Positions 36,793 through 46,096 of a DNA stretch of 59,262 bases are shown here, one piece after another. Origin of the DNA: Bacteroidota bacterium. GTDB taxonomy: Bacteria > Bacteroidota > Bacteroidia > J057. The notes under the pieces are model-generated. The model saw nothing but the letters and a program-made list of their open reading frames with translations, was not told the DNA's origin and searched no databases. Numbering within the stretch: the stretch's first letter is position 1; each line of letters begins with the position of its first letter. A program made the translations under genes and the position numbers. The stretch spans positions 1 to 59,262 of the forward strand of contig JBCCLI010000001.1 in the NCBI GenBank assembly GCA_039026975.1, read 5' to 3'.

Positions 36793-37574
36793 GTATGTGT
36801 AATAGAAGATTCTGGCCGCATAAATAGTTGAGAAATTTTAGAGAAATACTTAGAGTAGATCAACAGAAAGTTGGTGTTGAGGCCATATTTTTTACATGCT
36901 TTGAGCATTTCCCTGTTGATGGTGATGGTACTTGATAGGTTACGGGTACTGATTCCCCCATTTCGCATCCGCACTAAAACAGAGGGGATGTAGGAAGAGC
37001 TCACCTGCCCCTGGTACAGCATTCTGACCATCAAATCAAAATCTGCACAGATTTCATAGCTGGTATCAAAATTACCCATTTTTTCATAAAGGGAGGTACG
37101 CACAAAAAAAGTAGGATGTGGCGGCATCATCCCTTTCCTAAACTTACTTACCGTAAAGTCCCTGGCGGGATAATAACGGGTAATATAATCTGTATTTTCA
37201 GCATCTACATAGACAAGATCTCCATACACTGCCCCTATAGAGGAATCTTCAAAAGCTTTCATGACCGTAGAAATTACAGAAGGATGTTCATACACATCAT
37301 CTGCATGTAAGAACCCTATGACCTCACCACTAGCCATACATATGCCTTTATTCATGGCATCATATAAGCCTTCATCTCTCTCACTTACCCACTGGTCAAT
37401 GTGCTGCTCATATGCCCGAATAATATCCAGGGTGCCATCCGTAGATCCCCCATCAATGATTATGTATTCTATGGAGGGATAATCCTGCGCTATGATAGAG
37501 TCTATACAGCTTTTCAAATAGGCTTCCGCCTGAAAGCACACTGTAATCAAGGATATGGTAGGGGTTCCCTGCAT
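36789..37574 (-). CDS. glycosyltransferase family 2
   Basis: ISLITVCFQAEAYLKSCIDSIIAQDYPSIEYIIIDGGSTDGT ... GFLHADDVY; 261 aa. Overlaps the next gene by 4 nt. Confidence 0.85.
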   Translation of the reverse strand: MQGTPTISLITVCFQAEAYLKSCIDSIIAQDYPSIEYIIIDGGSTDGTLDIIRAYEQHIDQWVSERDEGLYDAMNKGICMASGEVIGFLHADDVYEHPSVISTVMKAFEDSSIGAVYGDLVYVDAENTDYITRYYPARDFTVSKFRKGMMPPHPTFFVRTSLYEKMGNFDTSYEICADFDLMVRMLYQGQVSSSYIPSVLVRMRNGGISTRNLSSTITINREMLKACKKYGLNTNFLLIYSKYFSKISQLFMRPESSITHT

Positions 37575-37578
37575 GTAT

Positions 37579-38241
37579 TTACCTGGGGCCTTTGAAGTGA
37601 TAAATGATTCCTAACCGTAGCCTAAGGGTGTAGTCGAAATATTCTTCCTGTGGGTTTCCTGGCAGGTTAAGGGTCAGGTCTCCCTGGTCATAGGTGAAGG
37701 TAGCCATCAACTCGGCACTCCATTTCCCGTCAATTAGCATGCCTACTCCTGTACCTGCCTGGGCATAGAATATATTCCCTTGTTTAAACCTCTTAAAGGC
37801 TTGTTCTCTCCGTTCATAAAATCTTTCTATATACCGCTCCCAGCCCAAGGATCCCTGTATAGGAAAATAGAATCTACCCAGGGCAGGCTGTATCCGCAAC
37901 ACCGGTCCCACTCTTAGCTGATGTACCCAAAATTTGGCATCTGCCTGTTGGCGCACATAGGTATGCTGCTGGTCAAACTGAACCCCTAGACTGAGAAAGC
38001 TTGCTAACTTTCTCCCCAACGCCAGATTTAGCCCTCCATTCAAATTCCTGGGTGAGTAGTTCCCATAGGTGGCTTGGGATTGGGTAAATCCATTTCTACC
38101 TGCTTCTCTATATTGAATGTGAAACTGTGTCTGAATCCACCAATTTCTGTTCTGCCCTATACCTTCAGTCAGTTGGAGACAGCAAAAGATCCCTACGATT
38201 ACCTGAATGAGCCTATTTTTCTTATATCCCATGCTGATCAA
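37579..38241 (-). CDS. small outer-membrane beta-barrel protein encoded inside the glycan operon
   Basis: 220 aa with a signal-like N-terminus (LIQVIVGIFCCLQLTEGIGQ), alternating-hydrophobic strands and a C-terminal ...LRLRLGIIYHF beta-signal. Its start overlaps the 3' end of the upstream SGNH gene. Confidence 0.5.
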   Translation of the reverse strand: MISMGYKKNRLIQVIVGIFCCLQLTEGIGQNRNWWIQTQFHIQYREAGRNGFTQSQATYGNYSPRNLNGGLNLALGRKLASFLSLGVQFDQQHTYVRQQADAKFWVHQLRVGPVLRIQPALGRFYFPIQGSLGWERYIERFYERREQAFKRFKQGNIFYAQAGTGVGMLIDGKWSAELMATFTYDQGDLTLNLPGNPQEEYFDYTLRLRLGIIYHFKGPR

Positions 38242-38839
38242 TAATGGGGAGTATTTGATCTATCCACTGCTTATACCCTGCCTCCACCAGGTGAATCCCA
38301 TCTTGGGTAAAACGGTCAATAAGGAACCCTTCTGAAGTTAGCACTTCATTTAAGTCCAGAAAGGCTATCTCCTGCCTTAGGGCAAGTTCTTCCAGGGTCT
38401 CATTTAGCAACTTAATCTGACCATTCACCTTGTCAGCCTGTGGATACTCTTTCCCTACTAACAGAACGGACTGAAGGATGGGGGTAATATTCCGTTCTCC
38501 TATCTCAAGGAGAATAGATTCAATATTCTCCACAATTTCTTCCTGCGGTGCTCCTCCCCCGATATCATTTATCCCTACCATTAAAAAACAGAGATGACCT
38601 GAGGAAGGCCAAGTTACTTGATCTATCCTGTCTAGTACATGTCTACTGGTATTTCCACCTATTCCTTCATTTATAATATCTGCTCTGCCCGTCCAGGCTT
38701 GCCAGTGCCCACCCGCGGTAATAGAGTCTCCCAACATAAGAATTCTGGTAGGAAAAGGACTATCTGATAAGGAATCACATCCGAAAGGGAGGAAACATAA
38801 AAAAAGGAATAATAAGGGTCTTCTTGTTAAGACTTTCAT
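38222..38839 (-). CDS. SGNH/GDSL hydrolase lipoprotein
   Basis: Lipoprotein-type signal MKVLTRRPLLFLFLCFLPFGC. SGNH blocks are LMLGDSITAGG (I), GIGGNT (II), VGINDIG (III) and QDGIHL (V). The ATG at 38839 is preferred over 38875. Confidence 0.8.
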   Translation of the reverse strand: MKVLTRRPLLFLFLCFLPFGCDSLSDSPFPTRILMLGDSITAGGHWQAWTGRADIINEGIGGNTSRHVLDRIDQVTWPSSGHLCFLMVGINDIGGGAPQEEIVENIESILLEIGERNITPILQSVLLVGKEYPQADKVNGQIKLLNETLEELALRQEIAFLDLNEVLTSEGFLIDRFTQDGIHLVEAGYKQWIDQILPIIDQHGI

Positions 38840-38961
38840 ACAGCCAAATGGTGCTTGTGTTTGTATTAATGACAAACAGAATGGTGGTAACCCCTGGAAC
38901 TTGGTATTACATACCTTGAGGTATGCATAGAAGAGCTTTTACAAGATAGCTATCTCATCCT

Positions 38962-39522
38962 TTAATCTAATGCTAACATTACCCTTTCCCTAACTTTTTT
39001 GGCAGGATTACCCCTATAAATTTGATACGCTTCCAAATTTTCTGAGGCAACAGAGCCCACTGCCAATACAGCATGGGTTTCTGCATGTACACCCGGACAA
39101 ACTACTGCCTTAGCTCCTATCCATACGCCATCCTCCAGTTCTATGGAACCCGTTATCAGATCAAAGGAAGCTTTGCTATAATTATGGTTTCCTGTGAGTA
39201 GCATAGCTCCTTGGGAAAGGCAGACACTTTCTCCTAGTTTCACAGGAACCAGGTTATCTATCCATACCCCTTCTCCTACCCAGCTATGGGCTCCCACTTC
39301 CAGTAACCAGGGATACTTTACGCGCACACCGGGCTTTATAATCACTCCCTCCCCTACCTTAGCTCCAAAACTTCTTAGCAAGAACCGCTTGAAGCTGTAA
39401 GAAACTATGAGGGGATTCTTAAATAGAACTGCCTGAACTAAAAACCAGCTTATCACCCGCCAGCGAGAGGCGCCTACATGAAAATCCGAGTTGTCATATA
39501 TAGATAAGTCTACCTTAGACAT
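38962..39522 (-). CDS. hexapeptide-repeat (LbH) O-acetyltransferase, WcaF-like
   Basis: 186 aa; ...VKYPWLLEVGAHSWVGEGVWIDN...LLTGNHNY...VWIGAKAVVCPGV..., typical of colanic-acid WcaF-type acetyltransferases. Confidence 0.8.
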   Translation of the reverse strand: MSKVDLSIYDNSDFHVGASRWRVISWFLVQAVLFKNPLIVSYSFKRFLLRSFGAKVGEGVIIKPGVRVKYPWLLEVGAHSWVGEGVWIDNLVPVKLGESVCLSQGAMLLTGNHNYSKASFDLITGSIELEDGVWIGAKAVVCPGVHAETHAVLAVGSVASENLEAYQIYRGNPAKKVRERVMLALD

Positions 39523-40672
39523 CCGATAAAAATAAGCTTTTGTAAGATGTTACTAGTGCTGCATTCTGAGATTTTTTTTCTGCATAGGCCCTGGCTCCTT
39601 TTTGCCAGAATTGGAATTCTTTCTGATCAAGCTTGGCTATCTCCTCTAATTGCTGAGTCCATAACTCTTCTTCCAATGGGAGGTCCCATCCCGCATTCTC
39701 TTTCTCTAAGGCTCGCCAGGGAGTTTTTTGACTAATGATCACGGGAGCCCCTTTAGCAAATGCCTCAAATATAGCATGTCCAAAGTTTTCTCCATGGGTA
39801 GGAAGGGCAAATACATCTACTACGGAAAGCTTCTCTTCTACGCCCTTATGAGTAAGGACACCTCCGTATAACACCTGTATATTTCCGGGTAGGTTTTCTA
39901 TTAGGGCCTGGCAATTTTCCCAGTAGGCCTCATCCTCTACAGGCCCCCAAATTAGGAGGGTTACCTGAGCGCTTACTTTCTGGAGAACAGCCAATAGGAA
40001 AGCCAGATTCTTTTTAGGGTGAATTCGTGAGATAAACCCCATAACCAGCTGTCCTGCCACTTTTAGTTTTCTGGTAGGAGGAAGAGAAGGTAGGTGGGTG
40101 AGGTTAGCTATGACTGAAGGGGAAGCCTTGGCTCCCATGTATTGAGTAATATCTTCTGCTTCCTGCTCATCTGTTGCATGAAAGATCATGTGTGCAGGTA
40201 AGCCCATAAGCCTTACCCATGCGAGGAATAATAATTTTCGGCCCTTCTTATACTGGATAGCTCCCTTATGTAGCATCCCTCTAGGTGCCCATACAAGCTG
40301 AGCGCTCATCCTTTTCATGGCTAATAGGTACACCGGCCACACCGCAAACTTGACTGAAAACATACTATTCAAATAGACATATACCGGATTGACTTCTTTG
40401 ATCAATCTCTCCAGGCTGGATAGGGTTAGCCAGCCTGGACTGGCATACCAAACTTTAGCGCCTCCTTCCCAGGCTATCCAGGTATTAGGAGAAATTTCAG
40501 CATAAGGTTCCTCATCCCCATAGTCTCTATCTCCTGTGAGAATCAGTAACTCATAATCTCCCGCTAACTCTCTGCATAGATTAGCTATGGACCTGATAGG
40601 CCCTCCCGCTTTATACCCTGGCAGAAACCAGTCCGTCATGATCAGGAGTGTAGGTTTCATCTTAGAGATCAT
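39515..40672 (-). CDS. glycosyltransferase family 4 (GT-B)
   Basis: MKPTLLIMTDWFLPGYKAGGPIRS N-terminus and C-terminal PTHGENFGHAIFEAFAKGAPVIIS (E-x7-E). The start is ambiguous (TTG 40681, ATG 40672 or ATG 40660). Confidence 0.8.
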   Translation of the reverse strand: MISKMKPTLLIMTDWFLPGYKAGGPIRSIANLCRELAGDYELLILTGDRDYGDEEPYAEISPNTWIAWEGGAKVWYASPGWLTLSSLERLIKEVNPVYVYLNSMFSVKFAVWPVYLLAMKRMSAQLVWAPRGMLHKGAIQYKKGRKLLFLAWVRLMGLPAHMIFHATDEQEAEDITQYMGAKASPSVIANLTHLPSLPPTRKLKVAGQLVMGFISRIHPKKNLAFLLAVLQKVSAQVTLLIWGPVEDEAYWENCQALIENLPGNIQVLYGGVLTHKGVEEKLSVVDVFALPTHGENFGHAIFEAFAKGAPVIISQKTPWRALEKENAGWDLPLEEELWTQQLEEIAKLDQKEFQFWQKGARAYAEKKSQNAALVTSYKSLFLSDV

Positions 40673-42521
40673 TTTTTTCAAGCCATGCGTTCATTACTAT
40701 CATCAGCCAAATTTGTAGCCATATCACTTGATCATCACCTGCCAGGAAGGCTGCCCACTGCTTTCTCAGTCCATCTGCCTTAATCCAATTCCTGTCCAGA
40801 AGCTGATCTATATGGTGTTGACAGAAGGGATTCAGCTCATTTCGCATCCAGTCCTTCCAAGGGAAGACAAAGCCCATTTTCTTTCTATGGACCACCTCCT
40901 TTGGAAGTAAATCTCCCAAGGATTCTACCAGTAGAGACTTAGGATAATACGGAAACTTATGTTCATCTGGGATTCCCCATGCATATGACACCAGCTCATG
41001 ATCAAAGAAAGGCACCCTTACTTCAAGTCCATGAGCCATACTCATTTGGTCTGCGTCTCGAAGTAGTACATTTTGGGTGTAGGTAGAAATTTCTGCCCAG
41101 GAAATTTTACTCAGCTCCGGTAATTCCTGCCAATGGGTACGTGATTCATTAAGGAGATAGGCTGGCATATTCTGTACTTCCTTAGGTAAGGAGAGTAAAT
41201 TAGCTAGCTCCTCTTCAAGCTGTAGTTTTCTAAAAATAGGATACACCCTTGACAGATCCAGTCTCCCTACCCGTAATATTTCTTGCAGCCTGTTACGCTG
41301 GTTTCCGGGGATAAATGGCCCTAGGGGACCTGCCACTGCTTTCCTGGCAAAGGCAGACACATTCCACCACTTCTGGTACTGGAATAGCTTATGCCAATAC
41401 CTAAATACGGGATAGCCCGCAAATACTTCATCTCCTCCCAGACCGGAGAGGGCTACTTTCAGTCCTGCTTTACGGGTGTACTTAGAGATTAAGTAGCTAT
41501 TAATCCCATCTCCACTGGGGTTATCCATGGCAGCTAGTGCTTCAGGTAAGTCCTTTAGCATAGCTTCAGGCGAAAGCCTAATTTGCTGGTGTTCCGTCCG
41601 AAATTTCTTGGCTATCTGTAAGGCAAAGGGGCTTTCATCAAAGGCTTTCTCCTGGAACCCTATGGAAAAAGTATGAATGGGCCTTTCTGAACACCTGGCC
41701 ATAAGTCCCACAATGGCGCTTGAATCTATCCCTCCTGATAAAAACGCTCCTAAGGGGACATCACTCATCATCCGCTTTTCCACTGACTCTGTGAGCAGAG
41801 TGCTGACCCTTTTTTGGATATATAACTTGCTATCAGATTGGCCTGCTTCTGGTGCTTTTGGATGCCAGTAGGAATGCTGAGAGAAGGTACCCTCGTGCCA
41901 ATGGGCATATTCTCCAGGCATCAATTGCACTACTTCCTTCAGCAGGGTATGTGGCGCATGTACAGTTTGATAGGTAAAGAAATCCTGTAGGGAGGCTGGC
42001 CTAAGCTCTGAGGAAACCATATCACTTTTCAGCAGGGCTCTTAATTCTGAGCTAAAGAGAAGATGCTGCTCCCTATAAGAAATATATAGCGGTTTAATGC
42101 CCAGTCTATCACGGGCCAGGAGGAGGCTACGCGTTTGAGTATCCCAAAAGGCGAGTGCAAACATCCCATTGAAGCGAGCAAAGGCAGCTTCTCCCCATCT
42201 TATAATTGCGGCTAGGACTACCTCGGTATCTGATGCTGTTTGAAAGGGAAAGGGTGCGAGTTCCTCTTTGAGGGACTGGTAATTATAGAGTTCTCCGTTG
42301 TAGACCAGCTTATATCTTCCAGATGGATCTTGAAAAGGTTGGTTAGCGCTAATGGAAAGGTCAATGATGGATAGCCTCCTATGGCCCAGCACAGCCCGCT
42401 CCCCCTGCCAGATCCCCTCAGCGTCAGGCCCCCTATGTGCCATGGCCTTACACATCCGCTCTACAGCCTGCCTGTGAGTATCAGTGATTTGGAGGGATAC
42501 TATTCCATTTATTCCGCACAT
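40662..42521 (-). CDS. asparagine synthase B-type glutamine-dependent amidotransferase (glycan-locus paralogue)
   Basis: MCGINGIV (Ntn Cys2), YNGELYN, the PP-loop FLSGGIDSS, and MAHGLEVRVPFFD; 619 aa. Confidence 0.88.
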   Translation of the reverse strand: MCGINGIVSLQITDTHRQAVERMCKAMAHRGPDAEGIWQGERAVLGHRRLSIIDLSISANQPFQDPSGRYKLVYNGELYNYQSLKEELAPFPFQTASDTEVVLAAIIRWGEAAFARFNGMFALAFWDTQTRSLLLARDRLGIKPLYISYREQHLLFSSELRALLKSDMVSSELRPASLQDFFTYQTVHAPHTLLKEVVQLMPGEYAHWHEGTFSQHSYWHPKAPEAGQSDSKLYIQKRVSTLLTESVEKRMMSDVPLGAFLSGGIDSSAIVGLMARCSERPIHTFSIGFQEKAFDESPFALQIAKKFRTEHQQIRLSPEAMLKDLPEALAAMDNPSGDGINSYLISKYTRKAGLKVALSGLGGDEVFAGYPVFRYWHKLFQYQKWWNVSAFARKAVAGPLGPFIPGNQRNRLQEILRVGRLDLSRVYPIFRKLQLEEELANLLSLPKEVQNMPAYLLNESRTHWQELPELSKISWAEISTYTQNVLLRDADQMSMAHGLEVRVPFFDHELVSYAWGIPDEHKFPYYPKSLLVESLGDLLPKEVVHRKKMGFVFPWKDWMRNELNPFCQHHIDQLLDRNWIKADGLRKQWAAFLAGDDQVIWLQIWLMIVMNAWLEKNDL

Positions 42522-42579
42522 GTGTTTTTGTTCAATGCAAAGCTAACTAAGCCCTTTCTGGAAAAGGAAGCTAAATTTC

Positions 42580-43623
42580 CTATTGGCTTTCAAGCACACT
42601 CAGTAGGGTAGCTGCCCAGCTGTCTGGGGTGATCTGTTTGGCTAGTTCCCTACTCCGCTTGCCCATCAAGATTAATTCTTCATCAGATAGGGAGAAGAGT
42701 TTTTCTAAGGCTGTCTGTAAAGAGCCTATTTCTCCTGCCCTAAATGCCAGGCCATTATAGCCTACCCGCAGGAAGCTTTCTCCAGCTCCACAGCTGTCGG
42801 AGACAAGCACAGGTAAACCTGAAGCTACATATTCATGTAATACTACACCCCAGGGTTCTTTTATGCTGGGCAGAATACCCGCCCCACAGCTACTCAATAC
42901 CTCAGGAAGGTTCCCAGGCTGCACAAAGCCCAAACAGTTTACCTTGGGAATCTTCTCTGCTTCAGCTTCTAATGGGCCTGTTCCTGCTAGCCATAACTCC
43001 CAATCAGATGTGGGAAGCTGCCTAAAGGCTGTCAGCAAATGCTGTACCCCTTTCTCCTTTACTAACCTCCCCACATATAGTAATCTTTTAGGAAATGTAG
43101 GGGTAGTAGACCTTGTTAAACCCTGCTCCATAAAAACGGGAACATCCGCTGAGTAATATCCAGTTCTAATTTGGTGGGCCTTATACCCCAGTCTACTCGC
43201 AAAAGCATATTGCCGAGGGCCTGGCACCCAAAAATGAGAAAAGGAGGGCTTCAGCAAGATAGGACTTAGCCAGCTAGCCAGGTGCTGTTTGGGAGAATTT
43301 ATCCATTGGTTATCTGCTCCTACCACAGTAGGAATCCCTTGCTGAAGAAAGGCCTTAGCTACTTTTGTATACCATTTATCTACCCACCCACTTACAAATA
43401 CAAGATCAGGTGAAAATGCCTGAATCTCTTCCCACAGGTCCTTTTCAGGTTGGCTATTTCGCTCCATTTTTCTCATGGCTTCCTCTTGCTCAAATTGGAA
43501 AGGAGCCTCTTGATTTACCGGCCAACAGATAAGCAATACCTCCACGCCCGGAATACTAGCTAATGCCTTTAGACAAGCCATCACATACCCGGCAAGTTCC
43601 ATATACAGGATCAAGATTCTCAT
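42580..43623 (-). CDS. glycosyltransferase (GT-B, GT4-like)
   Basis: 347 aa; LLYVGRLVKEKGV..., PSIKEPWGVVLHEYVASGLPVLVSD (E-x7-E). Confidence 0.75.
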   Translation of the reverse strand: MRILILYMELAGYVMACLKALASIPGVEVLLICWPVNQEAPFQFEQEEAMRKMERNSQPEKDLWEEIQAFSPDLVFVSGWVDKWYTKVAKAFLQQGIPTVVGADNQWINSPKQHLASWLSPILLKPSFSHFWVPGPRQYAFASRLGYKAHQIRTGYYSADVPVFMEQGLTRSTTPTFPKRLLYVGRLVKEKGVQHLLTAFRQLPTSDWELWLAGTGPLEAEAEKIPKVNCLGFVQPGNLPEVLSSCGAGILPSIKEPWGVVLHEYVASGLPVLVSDSCGAGESFLRVGYNGLAFRAGEIGSLQTALEKLFSLSDEELILMGKRSRELAKQITPDSWAATLLSVLESQ

Positions 43624-44912
43624 GCTATGAGGGTATTGGATTTCGGCTTTAGATGGATCATTACTATTACCACCAGAAAAAACATAATGGTAAACGCATT
43701 TAAGGAGGAGGTAAGCCAGCTTTCAAACGTAGCTGAGAGCAGTGCCATGAAAATGAAGGGAAAGGTAATCCCAATTCTTCTCATCCTTAAAAATTGTCCT
43801 ATGAGAAAGATCAGATAAAACCCCAAGCCCAGGAAACCATTATTCATGAGGAAAGTCAAGTAGGAATTATGCATTCCTCCCTGGTGCTCCGTGGCGATAA
43901 AATTCTCACTTAGCTGTTTAAACACATACACCTCATAGGCAAACCCTTTCCCTATCCAGGGATTCTCATTGATATAATACAGCCCTACAGACCAGGCAAG
44001 AAATCTACCTGTACCTGTAGTTAAAGACTCTACCCGTAAGTATTCTTCCAGGCCTACTCCCTGTACGATTCCCTCCAGGCTAAAGTACCTGAGAATTATT
44101 AATCCCATAGGCACTATGATCACCCACAATAGTAAAATTCCAGGAAACCCATTTCTATGAAATAGATAGATAAAAGTAAAAATCCCTATGGCCCCCAAGG
44201 CTGTCCGGGATTGACTGATAAGAATGGAAGCTAAGATAAGGGCAAATGCCCAGTTGGTTACTTTTTTCTCCTCGGGATAAAATTCTCTTATGACAAAGGT
44301 AAATCCATACAGGAGCGTGGAATAGATCCCCAAGCCATTAGGGTTCCCCATCAGTCCTCTGTATCTCCCTACCAAATAGGTAACAGACGGACTCAGCACC
44401 GCCAGGATGAGGCCTACCCCTAATATCAACATCCCCAATCTTAATATGTCCAGGAGAATTTCCTTTCCATACCGACTCATCAGGTAAGGTAAATAGTGTA
44501 GTACCATAAAAATGAAGAATGCGTAGGAGAATAACCTGGTTAAAGAAGAAACTAAGACGGGGCTTCTAAATGCTCCTAACAATGCTACCATACAAAAGGG
44601 AACTATCAGTAGGAAGGTTATATCAAATTTAATCTTTCCTCCTGCGAATAGGCCAAGGGTTCTGGCCGTAAGCAGCACCAGTATGATGGGCCTAAGCCCT
44701 TTTATAAATTGGAGGGAGTCTAACCGGCTATCTCCCAAGGTTAGAATAAGTAGAAAGAGGATGAACATCTCTTTATCCTTTCTCTTCTGAAGCCAGACTA
44801 ATCCGACCAGCATTAAGTACATATTAGAAAGGGCTGTGAATATCATTCCCATGACCCATAACATGGCCATTTGGATAAACACAGATTTATACTTTCTAAT
44901 GAATTTCTTCAC
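43620..44912 (-). CDS. Wzy_C-domain membrane protein (O-antigen polymerase or WaaL-type ligase)
   Basis: 430 aa with ~10-12 TM segments. A large loop carries ...SQSRTALG... and ...GGMHNSYLTFLMNNGFLGLGF, the H-N-x-Y-L-x-x-L-x-x-x-G signature. Confidence 0.75.
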   Translation of the reverse strand: MKKFIRKYKSVFIQMAMLWVMGMIFTALSNMYLMLVGLVWLQKRKDKEMFILFLLILTLGDSRLDSLQFIKGLRPIILVLLTARTLGLFAGGKIKFDITFLLIVPFCMVALLGAFRSPVLVSSLTRLFSYAFFIFMVLHYLPYLMSRYGKEILLDILRLGMLILGVGLILAVLSPSVTYLVGRYRGLMGNPNGLGIYSTLLYGFTFVIREFYPEEKKVTNWAFALILASILISQSRTALGAIGIFTFIYLFHRNGFPGILLLWVIIVPMGLIILRYFSLEGIVQGVGLEEYLRVESLTTGTGRFLAWSVGLYYINENPWIGKGFAYEVYVFKQLSENFIATEHQGGMHNSYLTFLMNNGFLGLGFYLIFLIGQFLRMRRIGITFPFIFMALLSATFESWLTSSLNAFTIMFFLVVIVMIHLKPKSNTLIA

Positions 44913-46078
44913 TTGGACATATTTGCTGGGGCTACTGAAGGAATAATGCCTCTAAAGCGTTTCATCATACGATCTATTACTTTTTCCCAGGTAAATTTCT
45001 CTGCTACTCTACTAAGGGCATTTACCTGTTTTTGCTGTAGGGGAGCTGTATCCATATGAATAGCTTCCTTAATAGTAGAAGCTAATAAGGGAACATTACC
45101 CGCTTCTAGTAACCACCCTACGGCATCATCTACTACTTCAGCTACTGCTCCCACATCAGTGGCTATAATGGCACACCCTCTGGCCATGCCCTCCAGTATA
45201 ACAGTAGGCATCCCTTCTGCATAGGATGGACATATGAGTACATCTGCCTCTGTAAGTAAACGCTTTATATTCTCTTCTTCTTTTACCATCCCCCAGTAAG
45301 TGATGTTAGGACTCTGGATTCTTTTATCCTCCGGTATATTTCCAATAAAATCAAAGGTAAACATTTCATTTTCCGTGAGTTGGCCTAAGGCTTTTATTAG
45401 CTCCTCTGTACCTTTTCTCCTTTCATATCTACCTACAAATACAAAGCGTCTTACCTGCTGGGGAGTAGCTACCTGGCTCACTACCCATGATTCCGGTATC
45501 CCTATGGGAAGAGAGAGAATTTGCTCATTCTTTATTCCTAGCTCCTGTAAGATAGGGGTCAGTTTCCCTCCTAGTGATTGCACATAATCAGCTTCCTGTA
45601 CATTCTTCCTGACAAAGGGTTTATAAGCCTGATAAATGAATTTCTGTTTCACCCCAAATGCCATCTGATACATCTCCAAACCATGAAAATTAATGATTAC
45701 TGGTGGAAGAGAGGAGTCCATTTTCCTGGCTTTAAGATAGGCCCATGCCGTAAAGCCCTGTGCATATACGAAGTCAGTTTCTCTGATCCTGTTAATATAT
45801 TTATTGATAATGGATTTTGAATGGGAGAAAGACTCTGCAAAGTAATGACCCGGCCAATGATAAAAAGAAGGAAAGGATACCGGTAGAAACTCAACTTCCC
45901 AGGAGGCCTCTAAGCCTAACTTTTCTATGAGGCTTCCCCTAGGTACACTAGTATGAGGATGGTATACATCTACTTTGGCGCCTTCTTTGGCTAAATACCT
46001 ACATAGCAGGCTAGAATGCTTTTGCATCCCTCCTATGCTAAAGGGGAAGAGCCCATCTGTAAGAAGTGATATATACAT
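44909..46078 (-). CDS. glycosyltransferase family 4
   Basis: 389 aa; GGMQKHS N-terminal block, FVGRYERRKG, PSYAEGMPTVILEGMARGCAIIATDVG. Confidence 0.85.
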   Translation of the reverse strand: MYISLLTDGLFPFSIGGMQKHSSLLCRYLAKEGAKVDVYHPHTSVPRGSLIEKLGLEASWEVEFLPVSFPSFYHWPGHYFAESFSHSKSIINKYINRIRETDFVYAQGFTAWAYLKARKMDSSLPPVIINFHGLEMYQMAFGVKQKFIYQAYKPFVRKNVQEADYVQSLGGKLTPILQELGIKNEQILSLPIGIPESWVVSQVATPQQVRRFVFVGRYERRKGTEELIKALGQLTENEMFTFDFIGNIPEDKRIQSPNITYWGMVKEEENIKRLLTEADVLICPSYAEGMPTVILEGMARGCAIIATDVGAVAEVVDDAVGWLLEAGNVPLLASTIKEAIHMDTAPLQQKQVNALSRVAEKFTWEKVIDRMMKRFRGIIPSVAPANMSK

Positions 46079-46096
46079 AAGCTAGCTTTGGCGTAG

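Noticed and set aside
39572-39579. T8 (coding-strand A8) tract in GT4 gene 39515-40672 as a phase-variation site.
   Set aside because: It lies about 20 codons from the stop, so a frameshift would only alter the extreme C-terminus. It is also an A/T run in a fairly AT-rich genome.
40662-42521. The AsnB homologue as a lasso-peptide cyclase (RiPP cluster).
   Set aside because: It retains the Cys2 glutaminase nucleophile and full AsnB length. No precursor peptide or B-protein/protease gene is nearby, and it is flanked by glycosyltransferases.
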